Assembly (NCBI GenBank): GCA_023205875.1
Contig: CP060765.1
Coordinates: forward strand, 434,001-498,000
Reading direction: 5' to 3'
Source of the DNA: Chloropicon primus
Taxonomy: Eukaryota
DNA length: 64,000 bases
The position numbers and the translations under genes were made by a program. Under the pieces are notes generated by a model. It did not search any database. It saw only the letters and a program-made list of their open reading frames with translations, and was not told the origin of the DNA. Numbering within the stretch: the first letter of the stretch is position 1; each line of letters opens with the position of its first letter. Positions 32,522 through 42,117 of this stretch are shown one piece after another.

Positions 32522-34759
32522 ATGGCGACGACGCCGGTGAGTGTGAGGGGAGGGAGGCGTTGGAGGACGAGGAGGACGAGGAGGAGGACGATTGCCCAGC
32601 ACCAAGGTCAGGCGAGGAAAATCTTGTCGAGGGCGAGTGCCCTTTTCGTGCGGAGGCCGTGGGAGAGGCTCACGCTTGACTTGTATCCCTCGACGCAAGA
32701 TGGTGTTGACCAGGAGGAGGCAATCGAGAGAGAGGGGCAAACGTCGGAGAGGGCGAGGGTGAGGAGGCAGAGGGAGGAGGAGTACGCGAGAGCCCTGGAA
32801 GGTGCCCGGGCGAGGCAGGTTGCGGCGGAGGAGGGGAGGAGGGGCACCATCGCTGCTCCGTGTGACTTGGGGCCGAGGGGGGAAGCCAAGGGGAAGGGGG
32901 AGAGGTACGCGGGGGTCGTGGAGAGGGCGAGGAGGAGGCAGGAGGAGGAGCGGGAGGAGAAGCTGAGGGCCGAGGTGGCGGAGGCGGAGGCCAGGGCGGA
33001 GGCGGAGGCCCTCGAGGCCGCCAACAAGAAGGAGGAGGAGAGGAGGAGGGCGAAGGAGAGGGACGAGAGGCTCAGGGCAGAGAGGGCGAGGGCCGCAGCG
33101 GAGGCGCTCGAGGCCGCCAACAAGAAGGAGAGGCAGAGGAGGAGCCAGATGGAAGAGAGGGAGCGGAATTTCAGGGCGGAGAAGGCGAGGGCGGAGTTGG
33201 AAGCCCTGGCAGCAGCCGCGAAAGAGGAGGAGGAGAGGTTGAGAAAGCTGGAAGAGAGGGAGGAGCGGCGAAGGGCGGAGGAGAAGGCGGAGAAGGCCAG
33301 GGCGGAGGCGGAAGCCGCGTCGGCCGCGGCCGCGGAGAAGGAGAGGCGAGAGCGGTTCTTCGCGATCAAGGAGGCCGAGGAGCTGGAGAAAAAGAGAAGC
33401 GCTGCTGCGATCGCTGCCGAGGCGGAGACTGGTGGCACGGTCGTGGCGCGTCAGACCTCGAGAAGTTTGGGCGCGCAAAGGCCCTCCCTCCCCGTCCTTC
33501 GCGTGGAGGAGGAGGCCGGTGGCACGGGTGAGGTCCGCCAGGAGTCGCACTCCTCCCCGGCAGAGCTGAGTGCCGCGAAGGAGGAGAAGGAGACCGAGGA
33601 AGTTGCCGCCCAGTCCCACGCCTCGACGAACCCGAGCCTCCCCGATCTGGGAGGAAGGGGTGGCATCAACCAGGGGGTCCCGAGGAAGGCTAAGAAGAAA
33701 GCGGAGCTCGCCGTGACGATGAGCAGCTCGCTCATGGGTGCTTCTGGGGTTGGCCGAGCCTCGGAGGGTCGCAGAACAAGCACGAGCGGTGACACCGTGA
33801 TCGACGACAAGGTGGAAGAGATTGCTCCCGGCATTGCGGAGGACCTCAGGAGCGTGCCGCAGGGAGGCAGGAGGGGCTCGGTCACCCCGCCAGAGGTTCC
33901 CCCTGACGTCGGGAGAGTGTCACGAGGAGACCCCACCCCTCCGGAGTGTCCTTCCCCCGCCGACATTGCGGAGGACCTCAGGAGCGTGCCGCAGGGAGGC
34001 AGGAGGGGCTCGGTCACCCCGCCAGAGGTTCCTTCTGACGTCGGGAGAGTGTCGCGAGGAGACCCCACCCCTCCGGAGTGTCCTTCCCCCGCCGACATTG
34101 CGGAGGACCTCAGGTGCGTGCCGCAAGGAGGCAGGAGGGGCTCGGACACCCCGCCTCTGGCGCCCGAGAACTCCTCCGGCCCGTCCCTGTGGCAAGCAAT
34201 CACAACGAGATTGGCTGTGGACAAGAAGGTGGAGGTTTCGGCCTACCGCCCTGCCCCAAAGCCCGCAGCCGAGACGGTGATCGTCAGATTTTCTGTGGTT
34301 TTCGTGACGCGCGAGGGCCAGAACGTGGTCCTGTTGGGCGACCACGACGAGCTTGGGAATTGGGACGAGCGAAAAGCAGTCAAGATGACTTGGACGGAGG
34401 GTCACCTGTGGACGGCGGAGGTGGAGCTCCCTTGCCGGGGCATCTACTTTTACAAGTATGCCATCAAGGAGGGGGGGCGCCTCGGGTGGCAGCACGGCAG
34501 CAACCGGCTGCTCACGATCCCCGATCCGGCGGACAAGGGGGCTGGGCCTCTCATCGAGGCCCACGACTCTTGGGACGGGGACCCCGTGACATCCTCCGTG
34601 ATGCAAACCACGGTGGACGGGAAGTCGTCCTGGCCTACCAGCGCAGAGTTGAGGCTTCAAACCTTTCTGGACAACACGAACAAGAATCTTGAGCAGCTGA
34701 AGAGGGACCTTCTGGAACTCGCCGACGGCATCCGGAAGGAGGAAGGAACAAGAAAATAA
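32522..34759 (+). CDS. Starch-binding CBM20 protein with transit-like N-terminus, E/R/K-rich helix and internal tandem repeats
   Basis: VRFSV.F.T..GQNVVLLGDHDELGNWD..KAVKMTWTEGHLWTAEVEL..YKYAI..WQHGSNRLL is CBM20. No catalytic domain recognised. Confidence 0.85.
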   Translation: MATTPVSVRGGRRWRTRRTRRRTIAQHQGQARKILSRASALFVRRPWERLTLDLYPSTQDGVDQEEAIEREGQTSERARVRRQREEEYARALEGARARQVAAEEGRRGTIAAPCDLGPRGEAKGKGERYAGVVERARRRQEEEREEKLRAEVAEAEARAEAEALEAANKKEEERRRAKERDERLRAERARAAAEALEAANKKERQRRSQMEERERNFRAEKARAELEALAAAAKEEEERLRKLEEREERRRAEEKAEKARAEAEAASAAAAEKERRERFFAIKEAEELEKKRSAAAIAAEAETGGTVVARQTSRSLGAQRPSLPVLRVEEEAGGTGEVRQESHSSPAELSAAKEEKETEEVAAQSHASTNPSLPDLGGRGGINQGVPRKAKKKAELAVTMSSSLMGASGVGRASEGRRTSTSGDTVIDDKVEEIAPGIAEDLRSVPQGGRRGSVTPPEVPPDVGRVSRGDPTPPECPSPADIAEDLRSVPQGGRRGSVTPPEVPSDVGRVSRGDPTPPECPSPADIAEDLRCVPQGGRRGSDTPPLAPENSSGPSLWQAITTRLAVDKKVEVSAYRPAPKPAAETVIVRFSVVFVTREGQNVVLLGDHDELGNWDERKAVKMTWTEGHLWTAEVELPCRGIYFYKYAIKEGGRLGWQHGSNRLLTIPDPADKGAGPLIEAHDSWDGDPVTSSVMQTTVDGKSSWPTSAELRLQTFLDNTNKNLEQLKRDLLELADGIRKEEGTRK
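33832..34155 (+). repeat. 132-bp in-frame tandem repeat (about 2.4 copies, 44-aa unit) in the CBM20 gene
   Basis: Units start at 33833, 33965 and 34097 (IAEDLRSVPQGGRRGSVTPPEVP.DVGRVSRGDPTPPECPSPAD) and are almost identical at the DNA level. Confidence 0.95.
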
Positions 34760-34845
34760 AATCTACAGTCGTACTAGCTAAATAAAAGTTACATCTGCAT
34801 GCCTGCTTGCAATCAGAAAAAAAAATAAGCGGTAACGCTAGGGTC

Positions 34846-36267
34846 TTACTCCACCTCCCTCATCCACCTCGTCATGATCCACTTCTCCCCCTCCAGCACC
34901 GCCTCTGCGGCGTGGATCGAAGCCATGTCCTCGTTTCCAGTGGTAAGCCTGGACCAGAAGAGGACTGCCCTGCCTTGCTTGGGGTAGATTCTCAGGCCCG
35001 GGGGAGCCTCCGCTTTGTGCCAGAAGTGGCCCTTGGAGCCCTGGTCCTGGTGGCCCTGGTCCCCCTCTCTCCCCCCCACGCCAGTGGAGGGCCTCCCGGT
35101 GCTCCTGGGGAAATAGGTTGCCCCTCCGCCGGCGACGTCCGAGAGGTAAATCATGAAGGTCGCCGCCCTGTGGGAGGCGTTCCCGGCCTTGTTATCGTAG
35201 TGCTCATTGTAGAACTCTCCTTTCCTGTACCTGACCACCTGCAGGGCCTCACTCTTGATTAGCGGTTTCCTGTAACCAGACTTGTACTTGAGGACCTCGG
35301 CGCGCTTGAGGCACTGCGCGATCTTGTCTTCCACCTTGAGCACCACGGGCTCGTGCTCCTTCCTCCCCGTCAGGAAGGTGCCGTGGCTCGTCCTGCTCGG
35401 GGTCTCCGTGCCAGTGGCCACCCTGCTCCTCTGCAGGTCGGGCTTGGCGAGGCTCATCAGGATCTCGCAGTCCGACTTGGACAAAAAGTTGTCGAAGAGG
35501 ATGATCCTCGGCTCCTCGCTCACCACCTCCGCGGAGACCTTGGAGGACGGGTAGTCCATCTCGCTGCTCGAGATGCTCGGCGGGACGGAGCACACCAGTA
35601 CGAGCCTCAGGAAGACTTGGATGGAGCCCGTGGCGGGGTTGACAAAGTCGGCCGCGTCGTCAGCAGAGATGATCTCCTGGATCCCCCAGTTGGACTCCCC
35701 CTTGGTGAAGCAGTGCGAGAGGTTCATGTCTATCTTGTACGAGGAGAGGTTCGTCGAGGGCGCGGCGCCGTCGACCATCTTCCTCGCCCCGAGCGGCTTC
35801 ACCACCCCGAGGGTGAACTTGGTGTGGAGCGGGCCGCAGAACGGCATCTTGTCGCTCGGGTTGCGGCACTGCAAGTACAAGCTCGCCGAGTCGTCCATGC
35901 AGTCGCAGAGCGACCACACCAGCCTCCACCTCAAGTTCGGCCCCGCCGAGGGGATCGTGAACGCGGGGGACAGGGTGAAGCTCTCTTTGGGTCCAGCCCC
36001 TGGCTCGCCGGCGATCGCGCCGATGAACTGACCCATCGTCTCGCTCTCCCAAAAGATCGTCCCGGAGGACGGGTCGTAGTGGACCGGAGACGTCTCCCCC
36101 GGCTGCCCGAGGCTCTCGGGTATCTCCAGGAGGGACTGCCCGGCCCTCCTCGTCTCCGGCGCGAGGAACCTCGCGGGCGACCTCCCCGCGTCCGGCTCCG
36201 CGTACCTCCTCTTCGACCACTTGGCCCTCTCCTCCTGGAGCGTCGCCTTCGTGCACTTCTGCCCCAT
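34846..36267 (-). CDS. MATH/TRAF-domain + prolyl 4-hydroxylase (2OG-Fe(II) dioxygenase) fusion protein
   Basis: MATH-like WRL..SASLYLQC..KFTLGVV..HCFTKGESNWG..I. P4H motifs PRIILFDNFLS..C, RTS, EALQVVRY..YNEHYD, RAATFMIYLSDV.GGG.T.FP, PKQGRAVLFW, H....V..GEKW...W. Confidence 0.88.
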   Translation of the reverse strand: MGQKCTKATLQEERAKWSKRRYAEPDAGRSPARFLAPETRRAGQSLLEIPESLGQPGETSPVHYDPSSGTIFWESETMGQFIGAIAGEPGAGPKESFTLSPAFTIPSAGPNLRWRLVWSLCDCMDDSASLYLQCRNPSDKMPFCGPLHTKFTLGVVKPLGARKMVDGAAPSTNLSSYKIDMNLSHCFTKGESNWGIQEIISADDAADFVNPATGSIQVFLRLVLVCSVPPSISSSEMDYPSSKVSAEVVSEEPRIILFDNFLSKSDCEILMSLAKPDLQRSRVATGTETPSRTSHGTFLTGRKEHEPVVLKVEDKIAQCLKRAEVLKYKSGYRKPLIKSEALQVVRYRKGEFYNEHYDNKAGNASHRAATFMIYLSDVAGGGATYFPRSTGRPSTGVGGREGDQGHQDQGSKGHFWHKAEAPPGLRIYPKQGRAVLFWSRLTTGNEDMASIHAAEAVLEGEKWIMTRWMREVE

Positions 36268-36975
36268 ACCGTAAACACCGAGTCAAACCAAGTCAAGTCA
36301 AGTCAAGTCAAGCCTGCCGATCGATCGCTGACCGTCTCCTTCCTCTTTTGCGCACCCACGCGTCTCTCGCTCCCCTCCGTTACGAAGTCAAGTGAAGCGA
36401 CCCTTCGTAACGTCTTTTCTCTCTCTCTCTCTCTCTGAAGAACGAACGAAAGAAAAGAGAACCGCGCGCGAAGAAGAAAGTGCGGAAGAAACCCAAAGGC
36501 GGCTCTCCCACGGCACGCCCCCAAGCTCGACCGAAGCGAGAGGTCCTCCCCTTCCTTCCCCTTGGCCTCGTCTCTCGTCGCCCTCGCCCCACCACCGCTA
36601 CGCGCGATCGATCATTAGCCGATCGATCTGAGCTGGGGGGGAACGACGATCGATCAAGGTTATCTTCTTTTCACAAGAGGGAGAGCGCGATCGATCGCGA
36701 TCGTGATCGATCGGAGGGATCGATCGGAGAGGGGAGGAGCGTGCGGGAGAGGGAGAGGTGTGGCCAGGTCGAAGCTCCGTCTGACGAGCTTTCGATCGAA
36801 CCCCCGGGGGGAAGAACGAAGCGGAAGGTTCGCAAGCGAGGAGGACGCGAGGGAGCTCTCAGGCGAAGAGGGGTAGAGGTGTGGCCAGGTCGAAGCTTCG
36901 TCTTTCGATCGAACCCACGAGAGGGGAAGAACGAAACGGAAAGATCGCGAGCGAGGAGAAGGCACGTCTTCCGTC

Positions 36976-37623
36976 ATGGTGGCCAAGTTGTTCTCCGGTG
37001 CGTGTGAGCGGAATCGCGCGCCGATCCTGGAGGTGGTGAAGAAGCACCTGCTGCCAGGGAGGAAGGCCAAGGTTTTAGAGGTCGCCGCTGGGTCGGGACA
37101 GCACGCGGCTTACTTGGGGAGACACCTTGCGAGTGATGGCCGCGTGGAGCGCTGGTACCCGACGGACTTGGGCATGAGCGAGGAGAAGAGGGCGAGCATA
37201 GCCGCCTGGGTCGAGGAGGAGGGAGAGGGAGAGGGAGCAGGGGTTGTCGCGGAGGCGGTGGAGTTGGACACGAGGGGCGAGGGTTGGGCCGAGGAGTGGG
37301 CTTCTCGCGGGATCACGGACATGTTCGTGGCCAACTTGACGCACATCTCTCCTTTCGAGGCGACCAAAGGCCTGATGGCTGGGGCAGGGAAGATCCTCCC
37401 GCCGGGAGGAAGCATTTTCGTCTACGGGCCCTTCAAGGTCGACCACCGGCACACCTCGGACAGCAACGCCGCGTTCGACCAGAGCTTGCAGTCGCGGGAC
37501 AAGGCGTGGGGATATAGAGACGTCTCTGAGATCCGATCGCAGGCGGACGAGAACGGTTTGGAGTTCGTGGAGAGCGAGAGAATGCCAGCAAACAATTTTA
37601 CTCTGATCTTCAGGAGAAGATGA
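36976..37623 (+). CDS. METTL26: METTL26/DUF938 SAM-dependent methyltransferase
   Basis: ACERNRAPILEV, VLEVAAGSGQHA, NLTHISP, YGPF..HTSDSNAAFDQSL..WGYRD, MPANN. Confidence 0.92.
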   Translation: MVAKLFSGACERNRAPILEVVKKHLLPGRKAKVLEVAAGSGQHAAYLGRHLASDGRVERWYPTDLGMSEEKRASIAAWVEEEGEGEGAGVVAEAVELDTRGEGWAEEWASRGITDMFVANLTHISPFEATKGLMAGAGKILPPGGSIFVYGPFKVDHRHTSDSNAAFDQSLQSRDKAWGYRDVSEIRSQADENGLEFVESERMPANNFTLIFRRR

Positions 37624-37684
37624 TCGAGAGAATGCTGAGCGTACTCACACTAACTTTCATGACAGCAACAAAAAAAAATGAAAA

Positions 37685-39190
37685 TTACTTTGAGAAGAAG
37701 GTTTCCGAGTATGATTTCTTGTGCAGCCCACTTCGTCTGAAGCCCTTCAGGTACTCCTCGATCGCTTCAATGGCCTTGGGGACACCCCCCGCCGCCTCGA
37801 ACTGATCTTTGGTGATCCGAAGCCTCTCAGCGAACGCCTCGCTATTGTTCAAAATCTTCTCGACATCTTCGAGCATCACTCGAGGAGTCATCTCGGCCAA
37901 GGGGTCCTGGTGAGCTAAACCAACTCCAAGCGCAGCGATCATTTTGGCATTCTCAAACTGGTCGCTGAACCAGGGCAATGCGATCATCGGCACCTCAGCC
38001 TGGATGGATTCCATCAAGGAATTGGCCCCGGCGTGGGTGAAGAAGACATGGCAGTCGTTGAGGACCTCGAGCTGAGGGCATCTTCTCCGCAAGATAAAAT
38101 TCCTGGGGATCTTGAAGCCATCCAAGGCGTCCACAGAGGGCGTGCACGTCGCCACGATCACTGCATAATCGTCTTTCTCACCAAACGCCTCGAACGCGTG
38201 CTGCCACAGAGTGCGGCAGAAGGTTTTGCCATTGTTCCGGGCGCCGTACATCTTCGTGATAGGTCCTTGGTGCTCCCAAAAGTACGGGCTCGTGGACACA
38301 GTGCCCATGGAGAAGTAAATTATCTTCCTGCCTTCTGCCTTGTACTTGGCGACAACGTCGTGAGGGAAGGGTTCATCCAAGAGTGGATGCTTCGTGTTCG
38401 ACGACTCCTGACTCGAAATCCGTCCAGCACTCGTGGACAAAAGCATGGGGCCGACGTAGACGCAGGACTCCTCCAGTTTCACAAAGCTGGGGATTCTTTT
38501 TTGGATAACGGAAGGCATTTTCTGCTGGAAGCTCCTCAGGCCCGTGCACAAGGGCAACCCGCTTGGGTGGTAGCACGACATCGGAACTGTGAAGATGGGA
38601 TTGTGCGGGTCGAACCCGTGCCTGTCCTTGAACTGAGCCCCGATCCTTTGCAAGGTCTGCGAATTGAGATGATCCTCAAAGCAAGCCGTCCACTCGTCGT
38701 CGCTCTGTAGACCGGAGAGGATAGGGTAAGAATTGAAATTGGGAACCGTGATGGTCGTCACCGAAGGAAGACGTTTGATCTCGGCCGCAAGGCACGCCAC
38801 AAGCTCAAAGGGGTCGTGAATGATGAGGTCGGGCTTGTACTCCTCGAAGTCCGCGAGGACTTTGTCCATGTAGGCCAGAGCCTGGCCTGCGCTCGCCAGC
38901 ACGAGGTCGGACACCAATCTGTCCGAATCGCTTTGCTCGGCCACCGGCACAACGAAGTCGTGAAAGTCCGCCAGCTGGCCGAGGACTTTGGTGGTGATCT
39001 TGCCCTCGAACCGCCGACCGAACGCATCGATGTTCGCCTTGTTTTTCTCTGTCAAGAGATAGAAGCGGGCGACCGCCCCTCGCTTCACCATGCCATCGAC
39101 GAGCGCCAGCTGCGGATTGAGATGCCCCGTGCCATCATGTGGAAACACAGCGACGCGGAGGCCTTCCGATGATGGTCCAACCTCCCCCAT
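37685..39190 (-). CDS. GT1 UDP-glycosyltransferase (MGT/macrolide-like)
   Basis: GHLNPQLAL, IYFSMGT and the GT1 signature CPQLEVL..FFTHAGANSLMESI..VPMIALPWFSDQFENA. Confidence 0.9.
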   Translation of the reverse strand: MGEVGPSSEGLRVAVFPHDGTGHLNPQLALVDGMVKRGAVARFYLLTEKNKANIDAFGRRFEGKITTKVLGQLADFHDFVVPVAEQSDSDRLVSDLVLASAGQALAYMDKVLADFEEYKPDLIIHDPFELVACLAAEIKRLPSVTTITVPNFNSYPILSGLQSDDEWTACFEDHLNSQTLQRIGAQFKDRHGFDPHNPIFTVPMSCYHPSGLPLCTGLRSFQQKMPSVIQKRIPSFVKLEESCVYVGPMLLSTSAGRISSQESSNTKHPLLDEPFPHDVVAKYKAEGRKIIYFSMGTVSTSPYFWEHQGPITKMYGARNNGKTFCRTLWQHAFEAFGEKDDYAVIVATCTPSVDALDGFKIPRNFILRRRCPQLEVLNDCHVFFTHAGANSLMESIQAEVPMIALPWFSDQFENAKMIAALGVGLAHQDPLAEMTPRVMLEDVEKILNNSEAFAERLRITKDQFEAAGGVPKAIEAIEEYLKGFRRSGLHKKSYSETFFSK

Positions 39191-39449
39191 AGTCGTCGTC
39201 GGCCCCGCTTCTTTGATGGCCCTCCACCTCTCTCCTGCTCTCAGCTCATCTCGGCCTCAAGAAGTCACGGATTCATCCGATCCCAAGGACAATTTTCACA
39301 AACGGAAAATAACGCACGCTTCGGGCCAGCATAATATAGAATAGATTACAGACTCCTTCGTGTCTCTTCTTTTGTACACCACCGCCACCGCCACCACCAC
39401 CACCACCACCAACCATTTGTTCCCCTTTCTTTTCTCACTTACTTGAGGC

Positions 39450-40959
39450 TTACTTGAGGAGGGCGGGGAAGACGTCGACTGGAACAGACACTGAACCAAG
39501 TCTCTTGAGCCTCTTCTTGCCCTCCTTCTGCTTCGCGAGCAGCTTCTTCTTCCTGCTCACGTCTCCGCCGTAACACTTCGCCAAAACGTTCTTCCTCATG
39601 GCCGAGATGGTCTCCCTGGCGATGATCTTGTTGCCGATCACCGCCTGCAGGGCGACCTCGAACACCTGCCTGTCCAGCAGATTCTTCATCTTGGACACCA
39701 CGGACTTTCCGGTCTTGTACGAGTTCACCCGGGGGACGACCTGGGACAAGCTATCGACGGTCTCGCCGTTGACCCGGATGTCCAACTTCACCAAGTCCGC
39801 GTCCTGGTGGCCGGCGTCCTCGTACTCGAGGGTGGCGTACCCCGAGGTGCAGCCCTTGAGGGAGTCGTAAAAGTCGCCCGCCAGCTCGGGGAGGGGGAGG
39901 TTGTACCTCAGCATCACCCTCTGGGATCCCAGGGCCGAGTGGTCCACCTGGTGGCCTCTGTGGTCGTGGCAAAGCTGGATGACCTTGCCGGTGAACTCGT
40001 TGGGGCACACGATGGTCGCCAGGACAATGGGCTCCATGACTCGGGTGCTCCTTCCCCAGTCCACCTCGTCCCAGTCTCCCGGGGAGAGGATTTCCTTTTC
40101 CCTCATCTCCCCGTCGATCACCTTGAGGGGAACAAAAGGCTTCGTCGCGATCACGCTCTGCGCAAACTCCTCCTCGAGCCTCTGCAGGAAGACTTCCATG
40201 TGGAGCAGGCCCAAGAATCCGCACCTGAACCCGGGCCCCAGGGCCTGGCTGGACTCCCTGTGGACCACCACGCTCGAGTCGTTCAAGGTAAGCTTCTCTA
40301 TGGCCTTCTTGAGGGACTCGTATTCATCCGTGGAGCTGGGAAAGATGCCGCCAAAGCACATGGACTTGATGGGCTTGAAGCCCGCGAGCGCCTCCACCGG
40401 CTGGTCGGCCTTGTGCAGGGTGTCGCCGATTCTTATGTCCGCCGTCTTCTTCATTCCAGTCACGAGGTACCCTATCTGCCCCCCCTCCAGCTTGTCTGTC
40501 CTCGTGGGCTCGGGGCACATCAGCCCCAACTCGAGCACCTCCAGCTCCGTCTTCGTGCCGCAGGACGCGATTTTGTCCCCCCGGGATATCTTCCCATCAA
40601 TGACCCTGCAGAGGCACACCACACCGCGAAACTGGTCGTGGTGGGCATCGAAAATCAGAGCCTTGAAGGGCCTCTCCTCCCGGTCCGTCTCCGGAGGGGC
40701 AATTCTGTGAACGACCGCGTCAAGCAACTCGGGAACCCCTTGGCCGGTCTTTGCCGACACCCTCAGGGCGGCGTCCCCTTCGCCCCCAAGGCCAAAGACG
40801 TCCTCGATCTGCTTTGTCACCTCCTCAGGATTCGCTGCTGGCATATCGATCTTGTTGACCACCGAGATGATCTACCGGCGAGTTGGAGCAGGAGGAAAAG
40901 CAAAGTCAGTTCCGCGGTCGAATCCCTGTGAGGGTTGAGTTAAAGGGAGTTAGACAGGC

Positions 40960-40995
<36 letters not shown>

Positions 40996-41626
40996 AGAGA
41001 CCGATGCGACGGTGGTTGTCACGAGGGCGGTGGCTCCGGATTGCCCTTACCTCCAAGTTCTCCTCCAAGGCCAGGAGGCAGTTCGACACGGTCTGCGCCT
41101 GAATTCCTTGCGTGGCGTCGACCAAAAGAAGACAACCTTCGCACGCGGACAACGATCTGCTCACCTCGTAAGTGAAGTCAACATGTCCCGGGGTATCCAC
41201 CAGATTCAGCAAGTATGGCAAGCCTCCCACGTGGTGCACTATGCTCGCCGTCTGCGCCTTCACCGTTATCCCCCTCTCCTTCTCGACCTTGAGCTTGTCC
41301 AAGTACTGGGAGCTTGCCTTGTCAAGAGCCTCTTTCAGGGCGCCCGTGTGCTCCAGGATCCGGTCGGCCAGGGTGGACTTGCCATGATCGATGTGCGCAA
41401 CGATGCTGAAGTTCCTTATCCTCGACGGAGGGATCGTCGAGATCAAGTTGGCAACATCTGTCTCCACTGGTGGCTGTGCTGCTGCAGTGTCTCCTCCCTC
41501 GAAAGCAGAATAATGCCGCGCACAGAGTCCACTCGCCGATGAAACGAAGCTCCGCCAAAGTCCTCCGATGCCTTCCCTCGCCCCAGGGCACGCACACCGC
41601 GGCGCCAACCTTGCGAACACCGCCAT
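39450..41626 (-). CDS. GUF1: Translation factor GUF1/LepA (EF-4), probably mitochondrial, exons 41626-41051 and 40871-39450
   Basis: [80 protein letters not shown] intron at 41050-40872. Confidence 0.96.
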
Positions 41627-42117
41627 GGCAAGGCGACGGGCCTCTTCTCTGCCTCGCCTCTTCCGTGTCCTCCAATCCTCGCCACCGCTTCGTTTCTTTC
41701 GAGCGACGGCTTTACGGAAAGAGCAAGGGACGACGCTTCCGCCTGTCTCGTCCTCCGCCTCTCCCCTACCTTCCGTTCCAGCCAGCCTCCCTCCCCGCCC
41801 GTCCCCTTCCTCCGCGGCGCTGCAGCATCATCACTGGCGAGCACTGCGCCCTCTGGAAGGACCAAAGGCGGACGATCTCGAGACAGGAGAGGGCAAGGGC
41901 GGCAAGGGAAGGCGCGGGGGGGGGAGGGGGGGAGCTGACACGAAAGTGGATGTCACGAGCTTTCGAAAGAGCTCTCGCTTGACCTGTTTGGATTTTTGTA
42001 TCAGAACCCAGGACCAAGTCATCCTGCAACTGGCACAGCTCGGGAGAGGAGGGCGTGGAGGTGTAGGAGGGCCAGGCGATGGGTTCGGGGCTTTGAGTGG
42101 GGTTGTTGGCGGGTCAA

